DNA of 64,000 nt from Candidatus Poribacteria bacterium (GCA_963663765.2 CAXXUA010000006.1:96001-160000), one strand, 5' to 3'. Counted from the first letter of the stretch, positions 1 to 9,763 are shown. The notes: generated by a model from the letters alone, not told the origin. Made by a program: numbers and translations.

Positions 1-398
1 CTTTCCACGATTTCAAGTCTTACCAATTCTGACGCAAGTAGGCGTAAAGTCCATTTAGCAGCACCTTCGGGAGGTTCGCTACAACTCAGTGCTATCAAGC
101 GTGCTTCAGCTTCACCATCAAGTTTACGAGGTGTGGGAGGATGCTCTCGCTTAGCACGAAATAAGACACGAGAAAAACCACCTTCAGCAAAACGCTTACG
201 CACTTTCGCGACTGTCCTATCAGTGCACTCATACGCTTCAGCTATTTTCCCATCAGTCCAACCGGGACCATTGACATCTGATTTCAGCAAAATATGAGCA
301 TTCCTTATCTTATACGCCTCTTTTTTACCTGTGTTTATACAATCTAACAACTCCTGCCGCTCCGAATCAGTGAGTTTTACAACATATTTCTTAGTCAA
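1..398 (-). CDS. IS630-family transposase, N-terminal HTH part (runs off the window)
   Basis: Manual translation MTKKYVVKLTDSERQELL...NAHILLKSD...WTDGKIAEAY...VRKRF...RKLDGEAEARLIALSCSEPPEGAAKWTLRLLA; GGAGG RBS upstream of the TTG. Confidence 0.85.
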   Translation of the reverse strand, partial: MTKKYVVKLTDSERQELLDCINTGKKEAYKIRNAHILLKSDVNGPGWTDGKIAEAYECTDRTVAKVRKRFAEGGFSRVLFRAKREHPPTPRKLDGEAEARLIALSCSEPPEGAAKWTLRLLASELVRLEIVE

Positions 399-508
399 GG
401 TTGTGTTCCTCCTTAAGTTTTGCTATACTATAAGAGAAAAACTCTTGTTTGTCAAGATACTAAGAAACAAAAAAATAAATACAAACTTTTAGTATGGACT
501 ATCTACTA
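1..508 (-). mobile_element. IS630-like element end, inserted at TA (507-508) into a TPR gene
   Basis: The TPR reading frame (RGGAKLKLAKYESAIADY) resumes exactly after TA at 507-508; IS630 elements target TA. Confidence 0.7.
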
Positions 509-873
509 GAGGCGGTGCAAAGTTAAAACTAGCCAAATATGAATCAGCGATTGCAGATTACGAATTGGCAATTGGGTTAGATCCAAAATATACCATAGCA
601 TATAATAATCGTGGCTATGCAAAGTTGTTTCTTGAGCAGTATGAATCTGCCCTAGAGGACTTTAATTTTGCAATTAAGTTAAAACCAAATAGCGCCCTTA
701 TATATTATAATCGCGGAAAGGTGAACATTTACCTTCATAGGTTTCAACAAGCAAAATCGGATTATGAAGTTGCATTGAAACTAGCAGAAGATTCTGGTAA
801 TTTAGATCTAAAAAGCATGATTGAGAAGAGAATGCTTATTGACGGTATATATAAACAGGACTCGAAAGAGTAA
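508..873 (+). pseudogene. C-terminal part of a TPR-repeat protein cut by the IS630 insertion
   Basis: TPR motifs AYNNRGYAK...ALEDFNFAIKL and YYNRGKV...AKSDYEVAL; frame open from 508 with no native start. Confidence 0.8.
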
Positions 874-941
874 AAAACTTTCAAAATGGTGACAAATAAA
901 CATTATCAATATTGCAAATTTCAATCGTAAAATCATTAAAC

Positions 942-1337
942 TCAAATTGGCTGTGCAAAACACAAAACATATCCATCATGATCCTTCACTTCAAAAGCAC
1001 GCAAACCGTCATCAGTATCAGCAAGCGGTTCATGAAATGCTAATCCTCGCGATTGATACTCAGCAAACAGCGCATCCGGATCAGAAACCAAAATAAAAGC
1101 ATCCCAACGCGCCCATACATGCCGAGTGTGGTTGGGAATTGGGTGAATATCCTCAGTAATCTGTTTGAGCAGTATCCGCACAATATCACGAGAAACTATT
1201 CCAAAAAACGGATCGTCATCAGGAACAAGTAAATCTGTCTGAAAACCGAGTTTCTGATTGTAAAACGCGATTGACTCAGCAAGGTTATCAACGATGAAAA
1301 AGGGATAGATTCTTTCAAGTGTCGAATTTGATGTCAT
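942..1337 (-). CDS. VOC/glyoxalase/bleomycin-resistance family protein
   Basis: V.NLAESIAFYNQKLGF and GLRAFEVKDHDGYVLCF motifs; AGGAG 8 nt upstream of ATG 1337. Confidence 0.85.
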   Translation of the reverse strand: MTSNSTLERIYPFFIVDNLAESIAFYNQKLGFQTDLLVPDDDPFFGIVSRDIVRILLKQITEDIHPIPNHTRHVWARWDAFILVSDPDALFAEYQSRGLAFHEPLADTDDGLRAFEVKDHDGYVLCFAQPI

Positions 1338-1572
1338 CGTCCGCACTCCTATTATTTCACAATATCCTAATAGATTTTCGATTAACGTTCAACAGAAAAT
1401 GTGGATATTGCATCGACACTTCACCTGTATTCTTGAAGGAGCGTCTCTCTTTGAAAAAATACATTAGAGCCAAAAATTGTTTGATTTCCACTACCGGAGT
1501 ATGTTAAACTTTAAAACACATTCGTGGGAAAGGGCTTACATTAACTCTATATTCTCAGTAGGCGTCCTTACT

Positions 1573-2544
1573 ATGTTACAAAAGTCAGAGCAGTCGGCAT
1601 CTAATACCAAACAACAATATGATACTGTTTCAAAGCTGCTCATTCATCAAAACCCCGAAGATTGGCTCTGGTTTTGTCTTGACACCGCTGAGAGTGAAGT
1701 AATCAGTATACTTGATACCGAACAACCCACTGTCAAGTCCAATCGTGCGGATAGTTTCATACACGCGAATGTACAGGGTAAGGAAATTATCGTGCATTTA
1801 GAAATGCAGACACACGACAGTACACAAGTACCGATGCCGCGTCGTATCGCGGGTTATGTGGGGAGAGGTATTGAGTTCTTTGGACTTCCAGTCTATTCGC
1901 ATGTTATCTATCTTCATCCGGTGGCAGGTAAGATGGATCCGGGTGAATATGTTCAAGAAGTACAAGGATATGAAATCCGTATCCGATACAAGGTTATCCG
2001 ATTGAGTGATTTAGATGGTGAAGCGTTTTTAGAAACGCGACTGAAAGGTTTGATTCCCTTTACACCTCTGATGAAGCCACCAGAAGGTATGCCACTTGAT
2101 GACTGGTTGCGAGAATGTGTTCAGGTTGCGGATTCCGTGTTCGTGGATACACCTGCTAAGGCAGATTATCTGACAGATTTAGCGATTTTGAGCGGTTTAA
2201 AATTTGACTACGAGACTATACGTGATAAAATATTGGAGGCAACTATGCACGAATCATCAGTCATTCAACATTTCCTACAACAAGGAATTGAACAAGGAAT
2301 TGAACAAGGAATTGAACAAGGAGCGCGGGAAAGTCTTATAGAGGCAATTGTTGAAAATTTGGAAGTGCGTTTCCAGGTCCATAACTTACAAGCGATAAAA
2401 TCTATGCTTGAGAGTATCGATACGTTACAACATCTTAAACAGTTGCGCCGTGCGTCGATACAGACACCGAACCTTAATGCATTCCAGCAAACTTTGGAAA
2501 TAGACAGCGAAACTAACGAAACTAACGGAACTGATTCCATCTGA
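1573..2544 (+). CDS. Rpn-family (PD-(D/E)XK, 'putative transposase') nuclease
   Basis: YDTVSKLL, RADSFI, HLEMQT, MPRRIAGY, YKVIRL, GLIPFTPLM motifs; C-terminal QGIE repeats and LEVRF; start may be earlier (ORF from 1477). Confidence 0.8.
   Translation: MLQKSEQSASNTKQQYDTVSKLLIHQNPEDWLWFCLDTAESEVISILDTEQPTVKSNRADSFIHANVQGKEIIVHLEMQTHDSTQVPMPRRIAGYVGRGIEFFGLPVYSHVIYLHPVAGKMDPGEYVQEVQGYEIRIRYKVIRLSDLDGEAFLETRLKGLIPFTPLMKPPEGMPLDDWLRECVQVADSVFVDTPAKADYLTDLAILSGLKFDYETIRDKILEATMHESSVIQHFLQQGIEQGIEQGIEQGARESLIEAIVENLEVRFQVHNLQAIKSMLESIDTLQHLKQLRRASIQTPNLNAFQQTLEIDSETNETNGTDSI
2245..2544 (+). CDS. Putative nested in-frame small Rpn product (RpnS-like antitoxin, 99 aa)
   Basis: GGAGG at 2235-2239, 5 nt before the in-frame ATG 2245 (MHESSVIQHFLQQGIEQG...). 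Confidence 0.55.
   Translation: MHESSVIQHFLQQGIEQGIEQGIEQGARESLIEAIVENLEVRFQVHNLQAIKSMLESIDTLQHLKQLRRASIQTPNLNAFQQTLEIDSETNETNGTDSI
2281..2322 (+). repeat. 12-bp coding tandem repeat (CAAGGAATTGAA x3.5, QGIE)
   Basis: Directly visible. Confidence 0.9.
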
Positions 2545-2545
2545 A

Positions 2546-2667
2546 CAGGACTTACACAGTTTTCATGATTTGATGAAGAATTATGACGATAATTGTGTAA
2601 TTTTCAGCATTTTTTCGGTTTCCAGCGCGCTTACAAAGCATGCCTACAACTGGGTGCGTAAGTCCTG
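2546..2667. mobile_element. MITE with IS701-type ends (CAGGACTTAC(G/A)CA)
   Basis: TIRs caggacttacaca / tgcgtaagtcctg; 5-bp TSD CTGAA on both sides. Confidence 0.9.
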
Positions 2668-2704
2668 CTGAAAACTCATAACACAGCAAAACGGGACACA
2701 TTTC

Positions 2705-3667
2705 ATGGCACTTCTCAGATGGGGTATAATTGGTTGCGGGAATGTTGCTGAACATAAAGGTGGACCACCGTTATACTCTGTAGACAATTCGGAACTCATT
2801 GCAGTGATGCGGCGTGACCGCGCTAAAGCAGAAGACTTTGCCAAGAGACACGGCGCAAAACGTATCTATACCGATGTGCAACAACTCCTTGCAGACGATG
2901 AAATCAATGCAGTCTATATTGCAACCCCTCCAAATCTGCATTGCGAACAGACTACCCTTGCAGCACACTCAGGCAAACACGTTCTCTGTGAAAAACCGAT
3001 GGCTATGACAGTGGATGAGTGTCAACGGATGGTGGATGCTTGCAGTCATGCGGGTGTTTCCTTGATGATAGCATACTACCGAAACCACTATCCGAATGTC
3101 GTCAAAATGAAAACACTGATAGATGAAGGCACAATCGGTGATGTTGTGCTTGCCCGTATCAACTGCACAGCATACTTTAACCCAAATCGTAATGACTTAA
3201 AGAACTGGCGACTTAGTCCTGAGATTAGTGGTGGCGGTGTGTTGATGGACATCGGCAGTCACCGCATCAGTCTGCTGCAATACTTGATGGGACACATCGC
3301 ATCTGCACAAGGCTACGCGGAGACGGTTCATATAGATGCTGCGGTAGATGATTCTGCTGTGTTTTCCCTCCGTTTTGAAAGTGGTGCACACGCTGTTGCA
3401 AATATCAACTGGAATGTCGGTGTTGGAAAAGACGATGTTGAAGTATATGGTACAGCAGGTTGCTTAAAGTGTTCACCGTTGAATTCAGGGAATTTAACAC
3501 TTGAGACAAAATCTGATGAAATTGTAGATTTGAAACAGCCACCTTTACCGCACACGCACACTGGACTTGTACAGAATTTTATCAATCATCTCAAAATAGG
3601 TGAACCGATCCGTTGTTCAGGCGAATCTGGATTGCAAACAAACGCGATAATCTCTCAGTTAATGTAA
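2705..3667 (+). CDS. Gfo/Idh/MocA-family oxidoreductase
   Basis: WGIIGCGNVA Rossmann motif, GKHVLCEKPMA, GGGVLMDIGSH. Confidence 0.95.
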   Translation: MALLRWGIIGCGNVAEHKGGPPLYSVDNSELIAVMRRDRAKAEDFAKRHGAKRIYTDVQQLLADDEINAVYIATPPNLHCEQTTLAAHSGKHVLCEKPMAMTVDECQRMVDACSHAGVSLMIAYYRNHYPNVVKMKTLIDEGTIGDVVLARINCTAYFNPNRNDLKNWRLSPEISGGGVLMDIGSHRISLLQYLMGHIASAQGYAETVHIDAAVDDSAVFSLRFESGAHAVANINWNVGVGKDDVEVYGTAGCLKCSPLNSGNLTLETKSDEIVDLKQPPLPHTHTGLVQNFINHLKIGEPIRCSGESGLQTNAIISQLM

Positions 3668-3680
3668 GAATTAAATAACC

Positions 3681-4262
3681 TTAAAATCCTTCAGGATATT
3701 GTACTTCTATCTTTCGCGCTTTTGCTGCTGCTGTTAGTTTTGTAAGCAGACCTTCGTTGTTTAGTGATGGATATTGGAAGGTAAGACGGACATATTCAGT
3801 AACGATTTCATCATAAGCACTCAGAAACTCAAACAGGAACTCACCACCCGTTGTTTCCATATCCCACATAATTTTTCTGTGGTACTCCTGACGAAAATTT
3901 AGATACTTGTCCGAATCAGTAATAGTCAATTTTCCTTCATTATGAAGTTCTCCGCGTGCTATTTCATAAGCAGCAAGTATCTCATCATAGAAATATTCAG
4001 TATCAAATTCGACTTCTTCTTCTAATATTAGGTCAGAAATTTCAAACAATTTTGAGAACTCGCCGGTTTCCAGAACTTTTTGGTGTTCCTCAATTCTCCT
4101 CTGATTGACACGCTCCATTGCTTCCACTGCCTCATCCGTAAAAGGATCTTTTCTTACAATTGGAACTTGATTACCTGTATTTGTATCAGTATCTTCACCA
4201 CAACCGATTGCCAAAACAGCAATTAACAAGAACATATAAGTCAATAAACGCATTTGTATCAA
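3681..4262 (-). CDS. Hypothetical lipoprotein (paralogue of 4383-4934)
   Basis: Lipobox LAIGC-GEDTD; shared motifs FEFLSAYDEIVTEYVRL and QYPEG. Confidence 0.75.
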   Translation of the reverse strand: MIQMRLLTYMFLLIAVLAIGCGEDTDTNTGNQVPIVRKDPFTDEAVEAMERVNQRRIEEHQKVLETGEFSKLFEISDLILEEEVEFDTEYFYDEILAAYEIARGELHNEGKLTITDSDKYLNFRQEYHRKIMWDMETTGGEFLFEFLSAYDEIVTEYVRLTFQYPSLNNEGLLTKLTAAAKARKIEVQYPEGF

Positions 4263-4382
4263 TCTCCTATGTTGTATGGTTTGATATAATCCCTTAATTC
4301 ATGAAAACTGCGTACATCCTGCAATAAGTGGTAGGTCTCAAATTATAGAGTTTAATCTCAATCAATCCGCACTCATAACAAG

Positions 4383-4934
4383 TCAATGTCCTTCTGGGTA
4401 CTGAATACTTATATCTCCTGCTTTGATAGAGGTATCAAGCAATCCAATCACTTGCAACTCGGTGCTATTGGGATTCTCAAGGGAAAGTTTAACATATTCT
4501 TCGACGATTCCATCAAATGCACTCATAAATTCAAGAAAAGACTCTTCTATGAATGTACCGTCTGCATTCATGTATGCTGCTAAAAAACTGGTATATCTTT
4601 GTAGATCAGCATTATCAATTGTTCCATCTGCAACAAGAAGCGTTAATTTAGTTTCCCAAGCAGTTAGCATTTGTACCCAGACTGTTTCACCAAATCCAAG
4701 TTCTTCTTGGTAAATAGTTTCAATATCATCTAAAAAGGTAGAATAATCACCTGATTCTTCAGTTTCTTGTTGTAACGCATCTCTTCTCTCAATCACCTTC
4801 GCCATTGCAGCTTCGGCTTGTTCTGATGGTGTAAGTGTTTCAACCATCTCTTTATCCATATCTTCATCGGTGTCTTCTCCGCATCCAAACATAAAAATTG
4901 ATGCGAATAACATAAAGTAAACTAAAGGTCTCAT
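4383..4934 (-). CDS. Hypothetical lipoprotein (paralogue of 3681-4262)
   Basis: Lipobox MFGC-GEDTD; LEFMSAFDGIVEEYVKL, QYPEG; AGGAG RBS. Confidence 0.75.
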   Translation of the reverse strand: MRPLVYFMLFASIFMFGCGEDTDEDMDKEMVETLTPSEQAEAAMAKVIERRDALQQETEESGDYSTFLDDIETIYQEELGFGETVWVQMLTAWETKLTLLVADGTIDNADLQRYTSFLAAYMNADGTFIEESFLEFMSAFDGIVEEYVKLSLENPNSTELQVIGLLDTSIKAGDISIQYPEGH

Positions 4935-4958
4935 AAATATATCTCCTAATTATAGTTA

Positions 4959-5112
4959 TACCATTTTCATGTGATAATGTCTCATTAGCAGCGAAAATCT
5001 GGTAGGAGCGACCTTACGGTCGCGACCGTGAGGTCGCTCCTACCGAAGAGAGTAACCCCCTGCCAGTAAACAGTAGAATTCCTTAATGAGACAAGATTTA
5101 TTTGAATTGGTA
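4959..5112 (-). mobile_element. 154-bp MITE (TACCA..TGGTA ends) carrying a GTAGGAGCGACC REP-like hairpin
   Basis: TTA flanks on both sides; nine other copies in the window. Confidence 0.85.
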
Positions 5113-5248
5113 TTATAGTTGTTGTTTTATACAAAATTCAAAAAAGTTTAGAATTAAAGAACGTTTAGAATTCAAGAACGTTTAGTAAATAACGTCTAAG
5201 GACAAAGAAAAGTTTACAAATTCTGCTTAATGGTAGTTGGTTCCGTTG

Positions 5249-6139
5249 TTACTTCCGTCTGGATAGGTACGCTGACAAGGCATGGTCAAATGGCGTGGTT
5301 GTATCCATTTGAACGTAATCAATCTGGCTTGCACCACATCCACGTCTGTAATTCTGTATGAATGAATTAAGGTTTTCAAGGTATGCGGTTTTCAACGAAT
5401 CAGCCTGAGTTGAAAGTGTTTGTCCAGTCTCCATATCCCGAAATATAACAGAACCTTTATATGGGAAAGTGATTTCAGCGTTGTCCAGTAAGTGGAAAAC
5501 GATTACCTCATGTTTTTGATGACGAAGGTGTTTGAGTGCAGAGATTACATGGGAAGGTTCATCAAGTAAATCAGAGATAACAATAACCAAGCCACGACGT
5601 ACAATCCGTTTAGCAAGTTCGTGGAATAAACTACTCAGTTCAGTTTCTTCGCCAGGAGTAGCATTTTCTAAAGCAGTCATGATCGCACGTAGATGAGTCG
5701 CAGCACCTCTCGGTGGAATATATTGCCGAATATCAGTATCAAAAAGTGCTAATCCAACAGAGTCACGTTGTTTCAACATCAGATAGGTTAACGTTGCTGC
5801 GAGATAACACCCATATTTAAACTTCGTCAATGTATCATCATTGTGTTTGTAGTTCATTGATGCACTGGTGTCAAGCAGGATATATGCCCGTAGGTTTGTC
5901 TCCTCCTCAAACTTTTTCACATAGAATCTATCAGATTTACCGAAGACTTTCCAATCAATATATCGGATTTCATCACCAGGCATATATTGACGATGTTCAG
6001 CAAATTCCACGCTAAAACCTTGATACGGACTCTTGTGTAACCCCGTGACAAAGCCTTCTACAACGAGCCTTGCAACGAGCTCCATACCTCCGATACGTGT
6101 AAGTGCTACTGGGTCAAGATATTGGTGTGATGTTTGCAT
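5249..6139 (-). CDS. DUF58 (MoxR-associated, vWA-like) protein
   Basis: GLHKSPYQGFSVEFAEHRQYMPGDEIRYIDWK, LLDTSASM, VISDL. Confidence 0.95.
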   Translation of the reverse strand: MQTSHQYLDPVALTRIGGMELVARLVVEGFVTGLHKSPYQGFSVEFAEHRQYMPGDEIRYIDWKVFGKSDRFYVKKFEEETNLRAYILLDTSASMNYKHNDDTLTKFKYGCYLAATLTYLMLKQRDSVGLALFDTDIRQYIPPRGAATHLRAIMTALENATPGEETELSSLFHELAKRIVRRGLVIVISDLLDEPSHVISALKHLRHQKHEVIVFHLLDNAEITFPYKGSVIFRDMETGQTLSTQADSLKTAYLENLNSFIQNYRRGCGASQIDYVQMDTTTPFDHALSAYLSRRK

Positions 6140-6160
6140 TGTGTTCCTTTCTTTGGTGCA

Positions 6161-7108
6161 TCATTTAAAAACAGCAACTGGTACGGAGCGTTTTTGAGCA
6201 ACATTTTCATGATCACGTTTTATCACTTCAATTTTCTGTAGTGTTTCCCGAGTAGCATAACTTTTTCTACAGTTCTTACAAATAATCACTGGTACATCCT
6301 CAATTATCAGAAGGGTTTCTCCTTTTCCAAAGCTTTTGGAAATAAGACCATTAAAGCAATCTGTAGTTCCGCAAATATCGCACTGAACTGTTTGTTCCCA
6401 TACATCATCGTCAATAATGACACCAAACGAAGTACAAACATTGGTCTTATCTTCAGGTAATAGAATTACATGGTTGATATAAGTATGCTCCAGAGTAAAC
6501 CCATACTGTGTTTTTAGTTCGTCTTTGCATGTATCACTAATTTGATTTATAAACTTTTTCCTGTCATGTGTGATGTTATATGAGTCAATCTCAGCAACAA
6601 CACTTCTCAGGATTCCTACCAATTTTGATTCTAAACACATTTGCAAGGTCTTAGGTGTAATCGGTTTTTCGTCAAAAAACTGCGACGCTTTGTGTATATC
6701 AACTTCATCAGGGATGATTCTAAGGAAGAATGTAACTTCAAGATCACACCGTCTGAAATTATTAGTTAGAATACTATCACCAAAAATATCAAGACGCATA
6801 GTATTTAGCGGAATCTCTCTAATCTTATGGAAAATTGTATTGACCCAAAGACCTCCAGCAAATGCAATGTTGTTTTTGGGTTTATTAGTATCTATGAGTG
6901 CAGTATTGGGTTTAGGTATTTGATACCGAACTGTTGCTGATATATAGACAATAAGGCTTACTAAAAGAACAAAGCCCACCGTAACAGTCCACAAGAGGAT
7001 TCCATTATTAGCGAGATACAAAATGTTAGAAAAATATTTGTATCCAAGAAAACCTATTAAAACTGTGGAAATAACTATGTATAAGATAACAAAAGCAAGT
7101 CGCATCAT
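6161..7108 (-). CDS. Membrane protein: 2 TM helices + SPFH/flotillin-like domain + C-terminal YgiT-type zinc finger
   Basis: GGLWVNTIFHKIREIPLNTMRLDI...LVGILRSVVAE...DRKKF (YqiK/flotillin-like); CDICG...LLIIEDVPVIICKNC...SVPVAVF (YgiT/MqsA-like). Confidence 0.65.
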   Translation of the reverse strand: MMRLAFVILYIVISTVLIGFLGYKYFSNILYLANNGILLWTVTVGFVLLVSLIVYISATVRYQIPKPNTALIDTNKPKNNIAFAGGLWVNTIFHKIREIPLNTMRLDIFGDSILTNNFRRCDLEVTFFLRIIPDEVDIHKASQFFDEKPITPKTLQMCLESKLVGILRSVVAEIDSYNITHDRKKFINQISDTCKDELKTQYGFTLEHTYINHVILLPEDKTNVCTSFGVIIDDDVWEQTVQCDICGTTDCFNGLISKSFGKGETLLIIEDVPVIICKNCRKSYATRETLQKIEVIKRDHENVAQKRSVPVAVFK

Positions 7109-7211
7109 TTTTCCTAAGAACAATGGGTGGTACAGATTTTTGCACAGTGTCTCTTGTTCAAAACGGTATAGTAATAACAGTTAAATCGGTAATCAATTCC
7201 TTATATGTTCA

Positions 7212-7382
7212 TCATTTACTTAAAGAGTTCTTAATTTCTGATAAACTTTCGGCAATATATTTGGACGTTTTTGTTAATTCGCTTAGTTCTTGATAAACTT
7301 TGCGGATTGCAAAAGTGATACTTGCAAGTACTAAAACAACTGCGAATAACGATAAATTAATCGCAAAATAAGAAAATTCCAT
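7212..7382 (-). CDS. Small single-TM protein (56 aa), below the ORF-track cutoff
   Basis: MEFSYFAINLSLFAVVLVLASITFAIRKVYQELSEL...SLSK*; strong AAGGAGG RBS. Confidence 0.65.
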   Translation of the reverse strand: MEFSYFAINLSLFAVVLVLASITFAIRKVYQELSELTKTSKYIAESLSEIKNSLSK

Positions 7383-7570
7383 TTTATTACCTCCTTCGGT
7401 TATGTCAAGTAAATGATCACATACACAGTCATTTAGAATCTTGAATCACAAGTATAACAAAATTTGTCCTGAATTACAATCGAAATGTAAAAAATAAGGC
7501 ATTTGGTGCGCTTGCGTGAGTTAGAAAGAAAATGGTAAAATTACATTGCTGTTCTACGTCTTATATTAAT

Positions 7571-7600
7571 TTGCCATAGTGTAACTTAACATGTTATAAT
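7571..7600 (+). promoter_or_regulatory. Sigma70-type promoter of the ATPase-TOPRIM gene
   Basis: TTGCCA-18 nt-TATAAT with extended TG. Confidence 0.5.
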
Positions 7601-7657
7601 TAGGAATTAAATAAAACCGATGTTAAATTCAAAATTACGATTTTTAAATGAAGCTTT

Positions 7658-9520
7658 ATGTATCTTAACGAACTATATTTAGAAAACACCGGTCCCATCT
7701 CAAAATGCTACGTCAAGTTGTCCTTTGATGAAACTGGAAATCCCCACCCTATAGTGATTGTTGGTCCCAACGGATCTGGTAAGACTATTTTTCTTTCCTA
7801 TATCGTTGACGCTCTTGCTGAATTTGCTAAAAAAGCCTTCACTGATATTGTGCCTACAGATGGCTTAGGCACACCATATTTTAGAATCATCCATCCAAGG
7901 GCAATAAGAAGTAGAGCACACTTTAGCCTAAGCCTCCTTCATTTTAAAGCGAATGATGACAATTTATACTACTGTGAGAAATCGGGAATGCTTGAAGCAG
8001 CGTCTTATTCGCCGAACGTAAGATCTATATTTACTCCAGTCTGGAACTGGCCAACAGCAGAAAACCATAAAAATGTATCGGTTAACGAAAAGACTGTTGA
8101 AACTGAAATGACAAACGGTGTACACGCTTTTTTCCCCGCAAGTCGTAGTGAGGACCCTGATTGGCTAAACCCTAAGAGTTTAAAAGCACATCCGACCTCA
8201 TTCTCGCAACATTTTAGTAAGAACCTTGACAAACCTCTCTGGATAGAATCTTGTGCGGAGAAAAACCTTTCTTGGGTATTGGACGTGTTTCTTGACTCTT
8301 TAGTTGATTTTGATGAACAACATAAACTTAACAATTTTGTAAACAGTTTACAAGGACAAAATACAGCACAACAAAATACATTACCGCGGGAATTATTACC
8401 TGTAGTGAATAGACTCGTTTTTGCACAAACTCGCAAGAATATTGAACAGATATTGCAAACAATACTTCAAGATGAAACAGCAAAGTTAATTCTAAACTTT
8501 CGGAATATTGGATCATCAAGAATTAGTATAAAGATGAGCGATGGGCGAATTATCCCGACACTACAATCACTATCAGAGGGACAATCACAATTATTCAATC
8601 TTTTTGCGACAATTATTCGATACGGTGAACGCACTGATCTCAATAGGAGTGTGAATCTCCCGCAGATTACAGGACTTGTTGTTATAGATGAAATTGCTGC
8701 CCATTTGCATCCGACTCTCCAGCACGATGTCCTTCCTGAACTCATGAGTCTGTTCCCGAAGGTACAGTTTATCGTATCGTCTCATTCTCCGCTATTTCTA
8801 CTCGGCATGGAAAATAAATTCGGTGCGGACAGAATTAACATTCATGAATTACCGAGAGGAAATAGAATTAATAGCGAACGGTATTCTGAATTTGAAGAAG
8901 CTTTTAAAATTTATAAAAAAACAAAACGTTCTGAAGAAGATATAAAACAACTTATCGCTAATGCAACAAAACCTGTTGTGTTGACAGAAGGAAAGACAGA
9001 TGCGCGCTACATTAAAACAGCATTGGAGTTGTTTGGTGAAGAAGAACTCCTAAATTCTTTGGATATCAGACCTGTTGGTAGAGAAGGCAACGAGGGGTCT
9101 GATGGTGGTGGGCATACAGGATTAAACAATTTCCTCAAAGTTTACGCTGCACATCCCTTGTCTTTCAACCATGCGATACTCCTCCTATATGATTGGGATG
9201 GCAATAAACCAGCGGATCAGATTGAGAAACTTTGGGTTAGGTCAATCCCAAAGAAGGTTGAAGATGTCGAAGAGAAGAGAGGAATCGAGAATCTTTTTCC
9301 TTCAGACCTTTTTAAAGATTGTTTCTATGAAGAGAAACTTAAAAAAGGGATTCACGGTAAATCTAGCAAAATTCCTGAGTTTAAAAAGCAGAAATTTTGT
9401 GATTGGATTTGTAAAGAAAAAAATGTTGACCACTTCGTAAAGTTTGACAGCGTTGTGAAAATTCTCAAGGAGTTTTTTAAAGCGCATCAACCTCTTCAGG
9501 TTCAGCAACCACCCGAATAA
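7658..9520 (+). CDS. ABC/AAA-type ATPase fused to a TOPRIM domain (OLD/GajA-like nuclease), candidate defence protein
   Basis: Walker A GPNGSGKT, signature LSEGQ, Walker B VVIDE..HLHP, SSHSP; TOPRIM VLTEGKTD and LYDWD, IENLF. Confidence 0.8.
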   Translation: MYLNELYLENTGPISKCYVKLSFDETGNPHPIVIVGPNGSGKTIFLSYIVDALAEFAKKAFTDIVPTDGLGTPYFRIIHPRAIRSRAHFSLSLLHFKANDDNLYYCEKSGMLEAASYSPNVRSIFTPVWNWPTAENHKNVSVNEKTVETEMTNGVHAFFPASRSEDPDWLNPKSLKAHPTSFSQHFSKNLDKPLWIESCAEKNLSWVLDVFLDSLVDFDEQHKLNNFVNSLQGQNTAQQNTLPRELLPVVNRLVFAQTRKNIEQILQTILQDETAKLILNFRNIGSSRISIKMSDGRIIPTLQSLSEGQSQLFNLFATIIRYGERTDLNRSVNLPQITGLVVIDEIAAHLHPTLQHDVLPELMSLFPKVQFIVSSHSPLFLLGMENKFGADRINIHELPRGNRINSERYSEFEEAFKIYKKTKRSEEDIKQLIANATKPVVLTEGKTDARYIKTALELFGEEELLNSLDIRPVGREGNEGSDGGGHTGLNNFLKVYAAHPLSFNHAILLLYDWDGNKPADQIEKLWVRSIPKKVEDVEEKRGIENLFPSDLFKDCFYEEKLKKGIHGKSSKIPEFKKQKFCDWICKEKNVDHFVKFDSVVKILKEFFKAHQPLQVQQPPE

Positions 9521-9527
9521 CAGGCAT

Positions 9528-9730
9528 TTATGAAACAGATTCCAACCACTCAATTGCAGCCTGTTCGTTTTGCTCAATTACAATCTCAACTGCACGTTTG
9601 GCATTTTCCAAAAGGCACTTTGGCTTGATCACGTAAACGAAAGAATTCAAGCACTTTCTCTTGAATTTCTGTCTGTTTATCTTTGGGCAATATAGGTATG
9701 GCTGTTTTTATTATGGCAAAATCTATGACA
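9528..9730 (-). pseudogene. Remnant 3' end of a type I R-M specificity-subunit-like gene (copy 1)
   Basis: IPILPKDKQTEIQEKVLEFFRLRDQAK/(frameshift)LLENAKRAVEIVIEQNEQAAIEWLESVS*. Confidence 0.6.
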
Positions 9731-9763
9731 AGATTTAAGCAATAGATCTTCGAGATTTATAAT

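Noticed and set aside
7658-9520. Gabija, retron or Septu system call
   Set aside because: The required partner genes (UvrD helicase, reverse transcriptase with msr-msd, HNH nuclease) are not adjacent
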